This document shows positions 1 to 9,024 of a stretch of DNA of 64,000 bases, one piece after another (positions within the stretch are counted from its first letter, which is position 1; each line of letters starts with the position of its first letter). A model generated the notes under the pieces. It was not told the DNA's origin and ran no database searches. It worked only from the letters and a program-made list of their open reading frames with translations. A program made the translations under genes and the position numbers. The stretch is from Candidatus Pacearchaeota archaeon (GTDB taxonomy: Archaea > Nanobdellota > Nanobdellia > Pacearchaeales > GW2011-AR1): the NCBI GenBank assembly GCA_009694725.1, contig SICV01000001.1, positions 65,219-129,218 on the forward strand, given 5' to 3'.

Positions 1-2
1 CG

Positions 3-164
3 TTACCCCGGAATCTCAAAGAATGTGGCTGGTTGTTACAACTCTATCCTGCGCGGTTATATCTCTACCTCAAAGCATTCAAAGAGTTACGGAAGAAGAA
101 ACAGTATGCTGACGGATGGCGTGGGGATGCAACGACTGAAAGTACGAAGACGTTGGATGCCTAG
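3..164 (+). CDS. 3' end of an unidentified CDS entering from the left edge (partial)
   Basis: Frame 3 is open from the edge to TAG at 162-164 (...LKECGWLLQLYPARLYLYLKAFKELRKKKQYADGWRGD...). No motif recognised. Frame 1 is also open here, so the frame choice is uncertain. Confidence 0.25.
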   Translation, partial: LPRNLKECGWLLQLYPARLYLYLKAFKELRKKKQYADGWRGDATTESTKTLDA

Positions 165-562
165 TGTTTATTTATTTCTGCTTCTAGCTCTTGCATTGAT
201 CTGACAATAGGCATACTCGCAATAAGAATAGACGAGAGGTATTCGAATCCGTCTTCCGGGCTTTCATCGGTCTTGAGGCCGAGGATAGGGATGCCTTTGG
301 CATAGGCGTAGCCCAGCTCCCAGGCGGTACCTGCGCCAACATGGAAGCCATCCAGGACAGCAATGACCAATTGGACGTCCTTGAATCCGTGTGTGATGTC
401 TCCTTCAAAGATACGTTGCGCGTCTTGTGCCGATTGTGCGATGCCGACATCTCGATGGGGGAGGAATGTGGTGTGGCCAAGCTTGACACAGAGTGAGTCG
501 ACATTTTGAAGGAGATTTTTCTCATGCTCCGTGTGTAACTTGCCTGCAAGGTAGATCTTCAT
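161..562 (-). CDS. nucleoside 2-deoxyribosyltransferase family protein
   Basis: 133 aa. MKIYLAGKL N-terminus, GTAWELGYAYAKGIPI motif and overall size are typical of the family. Confidence 0.65.
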   Translation of the reverse strand: MKIYLAGKLHTEHEKNLLQNVDSLCVKLGHTTFLPHRDVGIAQSAQDAQRIFEGDITHGFKDVQLVIAVLDGFHVGAGTAWELGYAYAKGIPILGLKTDESPEDGFEYLSSILIASMPIVRSMQELEAEINKH

Positions 563-603
563 AGGTTTGTAGCATTGGGGAACATTATAAGGATTATGCC
601 TGT

Positions 604-849
604 TTATTGCTCATCTTTGTGATAGATTTCTAAGAAAGTTATCGTATCGATATTTATTTCATAGGTATATGCAAGACGAAAAGAGCCGACATATACCTCA
701 CGTGTGTCTTTACGTTCATAATGCATTGGTTTTCCCAATGTTGGATTCTGTGCAATTTTAGTGATTACTTTATCTATTTGTATTTTTACAGTATTATCTA
801 ATTTAGTAAGTCTACTCTCAAAATGTTGAGTAGCCTTGATATTAACCAT
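604..849 (-). CDS. RelE/ParE-superfamily type II toxin
   Basis: 81 aa. C-terminal ...FRLAYTYEINIDTITFLEIYHKDEQ resembles RelE/YoeB-type toxins. 8-nt overlap with the upstream antitoxin gene. Confidence 0.6.
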   Translation of the reverse strand: MVNIKATQHFESRLTKLDNTVKIQIDKVITKIAQNPTLGKPMHYERKDTREVYVGSFRLAYTYEINIDTITFLEIYHKDEQ

Positions 850-1114
850 TGAGTAATCTTTTACGAAACTCTTCTAATGATGCATAGGTTCGTACTCTTC
901 CTGCATCAACATCTTGATAGGCTTTTCTGATTCCTTGAGAAAATGCTTTATCTTGTGCAAACTGTTTATCCATGGCACTTGCTTTCTTAATGATCACTTG
1001 CTCGTTATCCTTTACGAAGACAAGAGTATCTCCCTCTACAATGTCCCAGTTCAAGGAATTAGGGATTACTACCTGTCTTTTTGCACTTACTCGTGCTGTT
1101 GCTATTTCTACCAT
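842..1114 (-). CDS. AbrB/SpoVT (MazE-like) antitoxin
   Basis: 90 aa. N-terminal swapped-hairpin signature (ARVSAKRQVVIPNSL...GDTLVFV). Overlaps the toxin start. Confidence 0.6.
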   Translation of the reverse strand: MVEIATARVSAKRQVVIPNSLNWDIVEGDTLVFVKDNEQVIIKKASAMDKQFAQDKAFSQGIRKAYQDVDAGRVRTYASLEEFRKRLLNG

Positions 1115-1162
1115 GGTAAGACGTTTACTACCGGAGTATAAATATGTTTCGCCTCCACCTGC

Positions 1163-1176
1163 ATAATCCTTTTAAG
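1163..1176 (+). promoter_or_regulatory. BRE/TATA element ATAATCCTTTTAAG
   Basis: One of four near-identical copies of RTAATCCTTWWAAG in the window. It ends 21 nt before ATG 1197. Confidence 0.5.
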
Positions 1177-1196
1177 TGAATTATCTTCACGATACT

Positions 1197-2192
1197 ATGG
1201 AACATATTGCAATTATCAAATTAGGTGCTGATGGGGATGTTATTCGTACATTACCTTTACTCAAAGGTATTAAACAGAAGTATCCAGCGAGTCACATTAC
1301 ATGGATTACAAAGGGCGATGTTGCAACACTTCTTGAAACTGTGAAAGAAATAGATTCCGTTGTGCGCGTCCCCTATCATGGTCGAGATGTATTTGATGTT
1401 ATCTATAATTTTGATATTGAACAAGAAGCCCTTGATCTTGTTGAACGTATCGATGCTTCTGAAAAATATGGATTCTATGCTGTTGACGGATTTCCAACTG
1501 CATACACCACAGGAGGGGAATATTACTTGAATACACTTTTTGATGATGACCTTAAAAGAAATAATACAAAAACATATCAAGAGATGATGTTTGAAGTTGC
1601 TGAGTTCCCGTACCATCACGAGTATCTAGGGTTAACGCTTTCTCAGGAAGATAAAATGTATGCTCAAGCATTTCTGAAGGAGCACGCTTTGCATTCTTCG
1701 AAACTAATTGGGATCCATATGGGTGCCTCAAGCAGATGGCCAAGCAAAGTCTGGCATTCAGAGAATGTTCAGGCATTTATACGTTTAGCATTTCATCAAG
1801 GATACCAGATTCTTTTGTTTGGAGGGCCCAATGAACAAGAAAAACTCCAACCCTTTGTGGCACATCTTGCACAGGGAGGCATTACCGTTGCTTCAAATAA
1901 CCCTTTAAACACAAAACGAGAATTTGCAGCCCTTGTTTCGCTTTGTTCAACCATAATTACTGGAGATAGTCTTGCCCTCCATATTGCTTTAGCTTTAAAA
2001 AAACGAACGATTGGTCTCTTTTTTGTGACAAGTCCTGCTGAAGTTGAAGATTATGGATTACTTAGTAAATTAATTGCTCCTCGGTTATCTGAGTTTTTTC
2101 CTGAAAAGAGCGATCAATATGATGAAGCATTAACAAAGAGTATCTCTTCCGAGCTTGTTTTTGAGAAAATCACCCTGCCAGGAAAACAATAA
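1197..2192 (+). CDS. glycosyltransferase family 9 (heptosyltransferase-like)
   Basis: IAIIKLGADGDVIRTLPLL and C-terminal GGPNE...TGDSLALHIA motifs typify GT9. The ORF track starts at GTG 1176, but promoter spacing favours ATG 1197. Confidence 0.75.
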   Translation: MEHIAIIKLGADGDVIRTLPLLKGIKQKYPASHITWITKGDVATLLETVKEIDSVVRVPYHGRDVFDVIYNFDIEQEALDLVERIDASEKYGFYAVDGFPTAYTTGGEYYLNTLFDDDLKRNNTKTYQEMMFEVAEFPYHHEYLGLTLSQEDKMYAQAFLKEHALHSSKLIGIHMGASSRWPSKVWHSENVQAFIRLAFHQGYQILLFGGPNEQEKLQPFVAHLAQGGITVASNNPLNTKREFAALVSLCSTIITGDSLALHIALALKKRTIGLFFVTSPAEVEDYGLLSKLIAPRLSEFFPEKSDQYDEALTKSISSELVFEKITLPGKQ

Positions 2193-2216
2193 AAAGCCCT
2201 GTAATGCTTACTGTTT

Positions 2217-3743
2217 ATGGATACAAAGGAAACTGAACAACGTAAACAAGCCCTGGGTGCGTGGTTACGCAACCCCCTCCATCTGTTATTGATCGGAATT
2301 ATCCTTTTAGCGTTTGGTGTTCGAGTCTATTATTTTGCTTACACGGATGGCCAGACATTATGGTGGGATGAAGCTGAATATATGGCTACGGCTAAACATT
2401 GGGTATATGATGTTCCTTATGACGTCAATGAACAACGCCCCCCTTTATTCCAACTGCTTGCCGCTCTTCTTCTGGGGGCTGGTTTTTCTGAACGAATTAT
2501 TCTCTTTTTATTAGTTGTTCTTCCTTCTACAGCCCTCATTTTTGTTTCGTATTCGCTTGGTAAAACCCTGGTCAATACTCGAACCGGGGTTTTTATCGCA
2601 TTCGGTATGACCCTTACCTGGTCATATCTTTTTTGGAGCACTCGATTCCAGCCTGACTTTTTCTCTCTCTTCTTCCAACTGTTAGGGATTCTTTTCTTTT
2701 GGAAAACAGTTGTAACGAAAAGCGTTCATTCGGGGCTTTTAACAGGTCTATTTATTGCTCTCGCGTTTTATTTTAAAATTTCAACTCTCGTTGTCCCCTT
2801 GGCATTTTTTGCTTTTTTGCTGATTACCGAACAAAAAAAACTCTTCACTACAAAGGCGTATTGGATGATTGGGCTTGGATTTATGGTCGCACTTATTCCT
2901 TTCTTTCTCTGGCAATATATCTTATTTGGAAACCCGATTGCTTTTGCCCCGAGTTATGCAGACCCAACGCAACGCGCCGAGAGAGACTGGGGATGGCAAG
3001 CGCTTACCTATCTCTATTCATTTACTCATCCGGATGCTTCCTTTGTAAAGGGGCCCTTTGCCTTGCTCGCCCTCGGCGGAGTAGTACTCTTCCTTGTCCC
3101 TTTCCTCTTGACATTTGACACGTATCTCCTGAACTCTACTCGTCCCCCTCGGCCTGAATTGTTAGCGCTCCTCCTCATTATATGTACTGAACTTTTCTAT
3201 ATCTTCTGGACACAAGGAACTATTGAAGATCGGTGGATCTTGATCATCGCCCCCTTCACCTTATTTTTTAGTGCCCGAGGGGCATTCTACCTTTATGACA
3301 AAGTAACAAAACGAAGTGCTTTGTTCGCCATCATATTACTTATCGTTCTGTGTGGATTTTATGCTCAGACGCAACTTACCCATATGCATACACTCACTAC
3401 TCTCAAAAAAGACTCGTATGCGCCCGTTAAGGAAATTTCTCTCTACCTTAAAGAAATTCTAGCCCCTACTGAAAGCTGGGCAACGGTCTCGTATACGCAA
3501 GGAACGGCCTACTCTGAGCGAAAAGTGATTACCTATGGGCCCATTAAAAATAGTACTGCCATGGATGCATTGATTCAGCAAGAACACCCTCTGTACCTCA
3601 TGGATTCAGCATTTGAACCTCGACCAACCTGGCTTGATGCATGGATTGCTGAACAAGGAACACAGCTTTCTGTAGCCCGAGTCATTTTTGCAGATCAAGC
3701 CCAAAAACAACCTCTCCTTATTCTGTATAAAATTGAATACTAG
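2217..3743 (+). CDS. GT-C fold membrane glycosyltransferase (ArnT/PMT, GT39/GT83-like)
   Basis: 508 aa, polytopic. First-loop acidic motif WWDEAEY after TM1. C-terminal soluble domain. Confidence 0.6.
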   Translation: MDTKETEQRKQALGAWLRNPLHLLLIGIILLAFGVRVYYFAYTDGQTLWWDEAEYMATAKHWVYDVPYDVNEQRPPLFQLLAALLLGAGFSERIILFLLVVLPSTALIFVSYSLGKTLVNTRTGVFIAFGMTLTWSYLFWSTRFQPDFFSLFFQLLGILFFWKTVVTKSVHSGLLTGLFIALAFYFKISTLVVPLAFFAFLLITEQKKLFTTKAYWMIGLGFMVALIPFFLWQYILFGNPIAFAPSYADPTQRAERDWGWQALTYLYSFTHPDASFVKGPFALLALGGVVLFLVPFLLTFDTYLLNSTRPPRPELLALLLIICTELFYIFWTQGTIEDRWILIIAPFTLFFSARGAFYLYDKVTKRSALFAIILLIVLCGFYAQTQLTHMHTLTTLKKDSYAPVKEISLYLKEILAPTESWATVSYTQGTAYSERKVITYGPIKNSTAMDALIQQEHPLYLMDSAFEPRPTWLDAWIAEQGTQLSVARVIFADQAQKQPLLILYKIEY

Positions 3744-3789
3744 ATCTCCTTTTACGAACCTATAAAAACCATTTACCTATCTCAGTAGT

Positions 3790-5643
3790 ATGTGTGGCAT
3801 TACTGGTTTTTCATGGTCTGATACAAAACTTCTCACTCAGATGACTCATTCCCTTGCTCATCGGGGCCCCAATGACCGAGGTTTTTTTGTTTCTCCCGGT
3901 ATCTCGTTAGGACATCGACGATTAAGCATCATCGATACTTCATCATCTGGCCATCAACCCTTGTTTAATGAAGATCGCACGATCGTGGTTGTTTTTAACG
4001 GGGAGATTTGGAATCATGCCGAATTACGAAAAAAACTCACCAATCATACTTTTGTGAGTAACTCTGATACTGAAGTATTAGTACATGGTTATGAAGAATG
4101 GGGGGTGGGGCTCTTTGAACAATTAGAGGGAATGTTTGCCTTTGCGTTATGGGATGTGAACAAAAAGGAATTGTTACTTGTGCGAGATGCACGAGGAAAA
4201 AAGCCATTATATTATACCCGCACTCCGAAAGGGATCGTCTTTGCTTCTGAGCTCAAAGCTTTTCTTCACTGCCCCCTTATTGATTTTAAGATAGATCATC
4301 AATCGCTTGTTGATTACACGGGGCTACGATTTGTACCTGGGGTGAAAACTATCCTCTCCTCAGTCTTTCGGCTTGCCCCTGGTTCCTATATACGTTATTC
4401 GAAGAATAAGATTACTTCTCATTCTTTTGTACCCCTCCTTTCTTTTCGGCCAGGAAAAAATAATTCGCCCTCTCAAGCTTTAACGCTCATTCAAGCGGCG
4501 GTAGAAAAACGCCTTATGTCTGACGTTCCACTCGGCGTTTTTCTTTCAGGTGGACTTGATTCAAGTACGTTAGTTGCTTCTGTTGCTAACGCAGGTTTTA
4601 AAGTAAAAACTTTTTCAGTAGGTTTTGGAGATACAACCGATGAAACGGCTTATGCGCGCCTGATTGCTCAACGGTATAAAACAGAACACCATGAAATTAA
4701 ATTGACCAAAGACATATTACACTACCTTCCTGAAGTGGTGTGGTATGGGGACGATCTTCTTGCAGATCCTGCTTGTCTCCCGACCTATCTTTTATGTAAA
4801 GAAGTGAGTAAAAAAGTAAAAGTTGTTCTTTCGGGAGAGGGGGGAGATGAAGTTTTTGGAGGATATCATACGTTTACCTATGCTCCTGCTCTTACAAGCT
4901 ATTTTTATCTCCCATATCCTCTTCGTTCAAGAGTTATTGCCCCTCTTTGTTCTGCATTATCTCCCCTTACGACGTACCCTTTGAAGCAAATGTTGAATCT
5001 CGCTAGTGAATTAAGCAAAGAGACCACTTTAGCTCGTGCATATGAACGTCTTTTTTATTTTCCATTCACTCAAGAAGAAAAAAAGGCGTTGTTTATACGG
5101 CCTCCATCTTCCCTTGCAACTCCACTCGTAACTGCGGTACGCCGAGAACATTCATTACGTCAAGGGGCGCTTGCCTATTATTTTACTGAATGGCTTCCGA
5201 ATGATTTACTGATGAAAGCGGACAAAATGGGCATGGCCCATGGGCTTGAAATTCGTACTCCCTTCCTCGACTCAGGGCTTATTAATTATTTTTTACGAAC
5301 TCCTTTTTCAGCTCGCCATAATCGCGCTTTATTTAGAAAGGCTGTCCGCCCCCTTCTTCCACGAACAATTATGCAAAAACCCAAACAAGGATTTACGCTC
5401 CCCATCAGTACTTGGTTTACAGATCCTGCTCTTGTTGCTTCACTTTCTCATTATTTTGAACAGTTAAAAAAGAGGAAATTATTTTCAGACAAGGTTATTG
5501 ATACGCTTCTTGCTCATCCCACTGCACACCGTGCAGATCATCAGCTGTGGATACTCCTTGTTTTTGAACTGTGGGCAGAACTGTACCTTGATAAAAAACC
5601 CTTGCGGGAGGTTATACGACTATGGGACAAAAACCTCGGATAA
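3790..5643 (+). CDS. asnB: asparagine synthase (glutamine-hydrolysing) family amidotransferase
   Basis: N-terminal MCGI catalytic Cys2. SGGLDSS PP-loop. 617 aa. Confidence 0.85.
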   Translation: MCGITGFSWSDTKLLTQMTHSLAHRGPNDRGFFVSPGISLGHRRLSIIDTSSSGHQPLFNEDRTIVVVFNGEIWNHAELRKKLTNHTFVSNSDTEVLVHGYEEWGVGLFEQLEGMFAFALWDVNKKELLLVRDARGKKPLYYTRTPKGIVFASELKAFLHCPLIDFKIDHQSLVDYTGLRFVPGVKTILSSVFRLAPGSYIRYSKNKITSHSFVPLLSFRPGKNNSPSQALTLIQAAVEKRLMSDVPLGVFLSGGLDSSTLVASVANAGFKVKTFSVGFGDTTDETAYARLIAQRYKTEHHEIKLTKDILHYLPEVVWYGDDLLADPACLPTYLLCKEVSKKVKVVLSGEGGDEVFGGYHTFTYAPALTSYFYLPYPLRSRVIAPLCSALSPLTTYPLKQMLNLASELSKETTLARAYERLFYFPFTQEEKKALFIRPPSSLATPLVTAVRREHSLRQGALAYYFTEWLPNDLLMKADKMGMAHGLEIRTPFLDSGLINYFLRTPFSARHNRALFRKAVRPLLPRTIMQKPKQGFTLPISTWFTDPALVASLSHYFEQLKKRKLFSDKVIDTLLAHPTAHRADHQLWILLVFELWAELYLDKKPLREVIRLWDKNLG

Positions 5644-6632
5644 GCTTTATTTTAGGCATTTTGAATGCAGAACGAACACTCGCTGAATGTCTTGACAGTA
5701 TCTTACAACAAAAAACAAAAATCCCTTATGAGATTATAGTTGTTGATGGGGGCTCAACAGATACCACTCTCTCAATTATACGGAAGTATCAAAAAAAAGT
5801 CCCCTCTATCCGGCTATATCATAATCCTGCCCGACTTTCTGAAGGGAAGGGAATGAGTAAAGATATGGGCGTGCAGAAAGCGAAGGGGGAGATTGTTATT
5901 TTTATCGATCATGATAATATTCTCCTTGAGTCAACGTGGCTCACCAGTCTTCTTGCCCCTTTTACAGATCAGACAATTATGGCCTCTCAATCATTGCTCG
6001 CATCCCACAAAGAAGATTCGCTCTTCCTTACCTATGTAAATGAAATAGGGGTTGAAGATCCCTTTGCAATTCCCTATTCGCTCGTTGCACAAGTTCAACT
6101 TAACCCCTCACGCTTTAGACGGGAGAACGCATGGTATACCTATGTGGTTTCTGCTTATTTTCCCCTCTTCGGTGGAGCAAACGGTTGTGCATTTAGGAAA
6201 GAAGTATTTGATCGTATCGGTGGATATACTCGCGACGTGGATATATTTGCTTCGATGGGTGAACAAGCCATGCGTGTAGCCATTGTTCCTCAAGCCCATG
6301 TCCATCATAAAACCTCTGCGTCTTTTCTATCTTATCTTTATAAAAAAGGAGTTTACTTTAATCGATTTATTTCGCAAGACTATACACACAAAAAATTTAA
6401 TTGGATTCCTGATTCATTAAGGGGTAAAGTGTGGTTTGCGAGTTATGTTTTTCTTAATCTTACTTTTCTTTGGCCGATAAGTTGGAGTTTCTTTCGATTT
6501 ATACGTAATCCTCGATTGTTCTGGTTACTTCATCCAGGATATCTCTTTATCATCACCTTAGAATATTGTTTCCTGAGTCTCCTGAAATTCCCAAATCTTC
6601 TTCGTTATTCACTTTTTTCGCGCAGAAAGTAA
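5622..6632 (+). CDS. glycosyltransferase family 2 with C-terminal membrane segment
   Basis: ISFILGILNAERTL...VVDGGSTD...IDHDN motifs (GT-A, DxD). Hydrophobic C-terminus. Confidence 0.75.
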   Translation: MGQKPRISFILGILNAERTLAECLDSILQQKTKIPYEIIVVDGGSTDTTLSIIRKYQKKVPSIRLYHNPARLSEGKGMSKDMGVQKAKGEIVIFIDHDNILLESTWLTSLLAPFTDQTIMASQSLLASHKEDSLFLTYVNEIGVEDPFAIPYSLVAQVQLNPSRFRRENAWYTYVVSAYFPLFGGANGCAFRKEVFDRIGGYTRDVDIFASMGEQAMRVAIVPQAHVHHKTSASFLSYLYKKGVYFNRFISQDYTHKKFNWIPDSLRGKVWFASYVFLNLTFLWPISWSFFRFIRNPRLFWLLHPGYLFIITLEYCFLSLLKFPNLLRYSLFSRRK

Positions 6633-7274
6633 GATATCGAGGCCAGAATCATTCAATTGGTGGTATGTTTTATTAGGACTTTTTATAAATGTCTGAAAGG
6701 GTCTTTGTCTTCTCAAAATGAATTTGTTGACCAGATGGATATAGAGATTACCTAGAAGATAGATGTTCTCTACAAGATTAAAATGTTCTATCTTGAAACC
6801 TGCTTCCTCTACTCTCTTTTTTATCATGCTGTTTGAATAATGGCGTTCATGTTCCGCATATTTTACAGGATTTATGTAGTGAAGCAGGTGATCATTTGGA
6901 ACTCCAATAATTACCTTTCCCCCTTTCTTGAGAGATTTAGCTATCCATCGCAAGGCTGCACGATCGTCTTTCAAATGTTCGAGGACTTCTACAATCACGA
7001 TAGTATCAAAATATTCCTGCTTTAAAGGGGGTTGAGAGGTAATATCGTACTTGAGTAAGGTTGTTTTTTTAAGAAATTTTTGTGCACCTTTTAATTTTTT
7101 TTCATCAAAGTCAAGGGTTATACATTCTGCAACTTTTTCTTCAATTTTCATTTCAACTTCAGGAATATTGGATATGCCAATATTCAGAATTTTTTCATTT
7201 TTCTGAGGGGCAATGAGATTAACCAAATAATTAATCCGGTCACTTGCAAAGGGCGCATTACTTTCTTTGTTCAT
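6609..7274 (-). CDS. class I SAM-dependent methyltransferase
   Basis: KILNIG motif I-like segment plus DTIVIVEVLEHLKD...LKKGGKVII, typical of the Methyltransf_11/23 families. Confidence 0.7.
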   Translation of the reverse strand: MNKESNAPFASDRINYLVNLIAPQKNEKILNIGISNIPEVEMKIEEKVAECITLDFDEKKLKGAQKFLKKTTLLKYDITSQPPLKQEYFDTIVIVEVLEHLKDDRAALRWIAKSLKKGGKVIIGVPNDHLLHYINPVKYAEHERHYSNSMIKKRVEEAGFKIEHFNLVENIYLLGNLYIHLVNKFILRRQRPFQTFIKSPNKTYHQLNDSGLDILLSARKK

Positions 7275-7743
7275 TTTCTATTTCCTTGAATATTTTTTTA
7301 AAAAAGGATTGTAATTTAACTAAATTATCCTTTTTGATAATTGGTACTGTCTTATACTCTTTAAGAAGTTGAGGAGTTATGTCTTGAATGTTTAGAATAA
7401 CTTTAATCCCCGTTCTTAGGTGTAATGCCTCTGCAAACTCAACTTGATGATCATTAATATGCTCACCGAATTTCTTTTGACGGGGGACTGTAATAATTGG
7501 TTTTTTGTTTGATAATACGAACTCTAAAAGAGACGTCGCGGAATGACTTATTACTAACCGAGCATCCCTAAAATAAGGTTCGAGCGATTCTGCAAAAACA
7601 AAATGTTCTACATTCTTGGGAACATACTTTGTAAACCCTGTCTGAATGATAATTTTTTCTTTTATGTGGGGGGCAATTTCATCGATTCTTTTAATAAGTC
7701 GATCAAATTGTCCTGGGTGCGTACCGATCGTTACAAAAATCAT
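7258..7743 (-). CDS. Alg13-like glycosyltransferase subunit (GT28 C-terminal domain)
   Basis: MIFVTIGTHPGQFDRL...ISHSATSLLEF...DHQVEFAEAL matches the Alg13/PssE/EpsF pattern. ATGA overlap with the Alg14-like gene. Confidence 0.75.
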   Translation of the reverse strand: MIFVTIGTHPGQFDRLIKRIDEIAPHIKEKIIIQTGFTKYVPKNVEHFVFAESLEPYFRDARLVISHSATSLLEFVLSNKKPIITVPRQKKFGEHINDHQVEFAEALHLRTGIKVILNIQDITPQLLKEYKTVPIIKKDNLVKLQSFFKKIFKEIENEQRK

Positions 7744-8213
7744 AGTACGCTTCCCCTGAATTCTGCTTTTTTACCATACTTTTCTTTCATAGTTTCGTGT
7801 TGTACTAAAAATGTATCTGCAAACCAATAACAAAATCGTGCTGACCAATTAGGCGTTTTAACACGAATGAAGGTGTCTATAAAAATAACATATATTCCCA
7901 ATGATCTGGCAGCAAGTACTGCCGGAATGGAAAGATGGGCGCCGTTTGTTACAATGCTTTGTATATGCTCTTTTTTTAAAATAGCCCGTAATTGAAAAAA
8001 CCGCAGACTATATGCGACAGGGTTAACCCCTAACGAATCTTTGGGGAAAAAATAGGTACGGTATTTCTTTTGAAAATACTTCTCGAGATACCCGCTTTTA
8101 TCAGGAGATTCAGTAATAAAGATAGCACTATGCTCTTTCAATACAGAGGGTGTAAATATAATGCCTGCTTGTCCTGCATGGCCCCCTTGGGAAGAAATGA
8201 GCGCGATTCTCAT
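7740..8213 (-). CDS. Alg14-like glycosyltransferase membrane-associated subunit
   Basis: SSQGGHAGQ and TNGAHLSIP...FIDTFIRVKTPNWSARF...ADTFLVQHE match Alg14/PssD. Start set at MRIALISS (8213) rather than the ORF-track 8258. Confidence 0.75.
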   Translation of the reverse strand: MRIALISSQGGHAGQAGIIFTPSVLKEHSAIFITESPDKSGYLEKYFQKKYRTYFFPKDSLGVNPVAYSLRFFQLRAILKKEHIQSIVTNGAHLSIPAVLAARSLGIYVIFIDTFIRVKTPNWSARFCYWFADTFLVQHETMKEKYGKKAEFRGSVL

Positions 8214-8247
8214 AGACTCTCCTTTCCCCGATACATTATAAATATAG

Positions 8248-9024
8248 TTATTGCACAATTTTCCATATAAACAACACCTGTTTTTTCAAAGGAGTAAGTA
8301 AGCAATGAAGAGGGGATTTCTTTAATCGTAATTGAATTACCGCAAAGAACATCTGAATGGATGTCCTCACCAGTTTTACTTTGCTTCCCTCGATGTCTAT
8401 CCATGTTGTTGGCACCTCTTTAATGGTAAACCCTGCTTGATGACATTCATAGAGAAGCTCGATGTCAAAAGCCCACTGCGTTACTTTTACCGAAGAGATT
8501 ATATGTGCTATCGCTCGTTTACTAAATACTTTCGCTCCACATTGTGTGTCTGATTCTGGAAGGTGGAGAAGTAATCTTGTAAATGTATTGAATAGTTTCC
8601 CTACAACTGCCCTTCTAAACGTTAAAGTGGGTGTGCACCGAGATCCTGGAAGATAACGGCTTGCGATTACGCCTTCTGCTTTTCCTCTTTTATGTATTAA
8701 ATCATCAAAAGCCAGAGGACTTGTTGCTAAATCTGCATCAACAAACCCTATAAGATCATACTTTTCTTTATAGGCGCATTTGAATCCTTCAATAACTGCA
8801 TATCCCTTTCCGCCTTTGATTAGATTGAGATAGTCTATTTTGTGAGGATATTTTTTCTTATAGCTCTGAACAATTTCTAACGTTTTATCACGCGTATTAT
8901 TGATTATCACCCATATTTTTGTTTTTACTCCTTTTCTTGTATTGTAATAGGTAATAAAAGCATCGAGCGTTTTTCCAATTCTTCTTTCTTCATTATATGC
9001 GGGGATAACAATTGCGAGTTTCAT
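8248..9024 (-). CDS. GT2 polyprenyl-phosphate hexosyltransferase (Dpm1/Alg5-like)
   Basis: KLAIVIPAYNEERRIGKTL, GFVDADLATSP and QCGAKVF motifs. Start set at MKLAIV (9024), adjacent to the flippase stop. Confidence 0.75.
   Translation of the reverse strand: MKLAIVIPAYNEERRIGKTLDAFITYYNTRKGVKTKIWVIINNTRDKTLEIVQSYKKKYPHKIDYLNLIKGGKGYAVIEGFKCAYKEKYDLIGFVDADLATSPLAFDDLIHKRGKAEGVIASRYLPGSRCTPTLTFRRAVVGKLFNTFTRLLLHLPESDTQCGAKVFSKRAIAHIISSVKVTQWAFDIELLYECHQAGFTIKEVPTTWIDIEGSKVKLVRTSIQMFFAVIQLRLKKSPLHCLLTPLKKQVLFIWKIVQ

Noticed and set aside
1-210. Alternative open frame 1 at the left edge (RYPGISKNVAGCYNS...).
   Set aside because: It would overlap the 3' end of the deoxyribosyltransferase gene by about 50 nt and shows no motif. 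Frame 3, ending at 164, was preferred, with low confidence.
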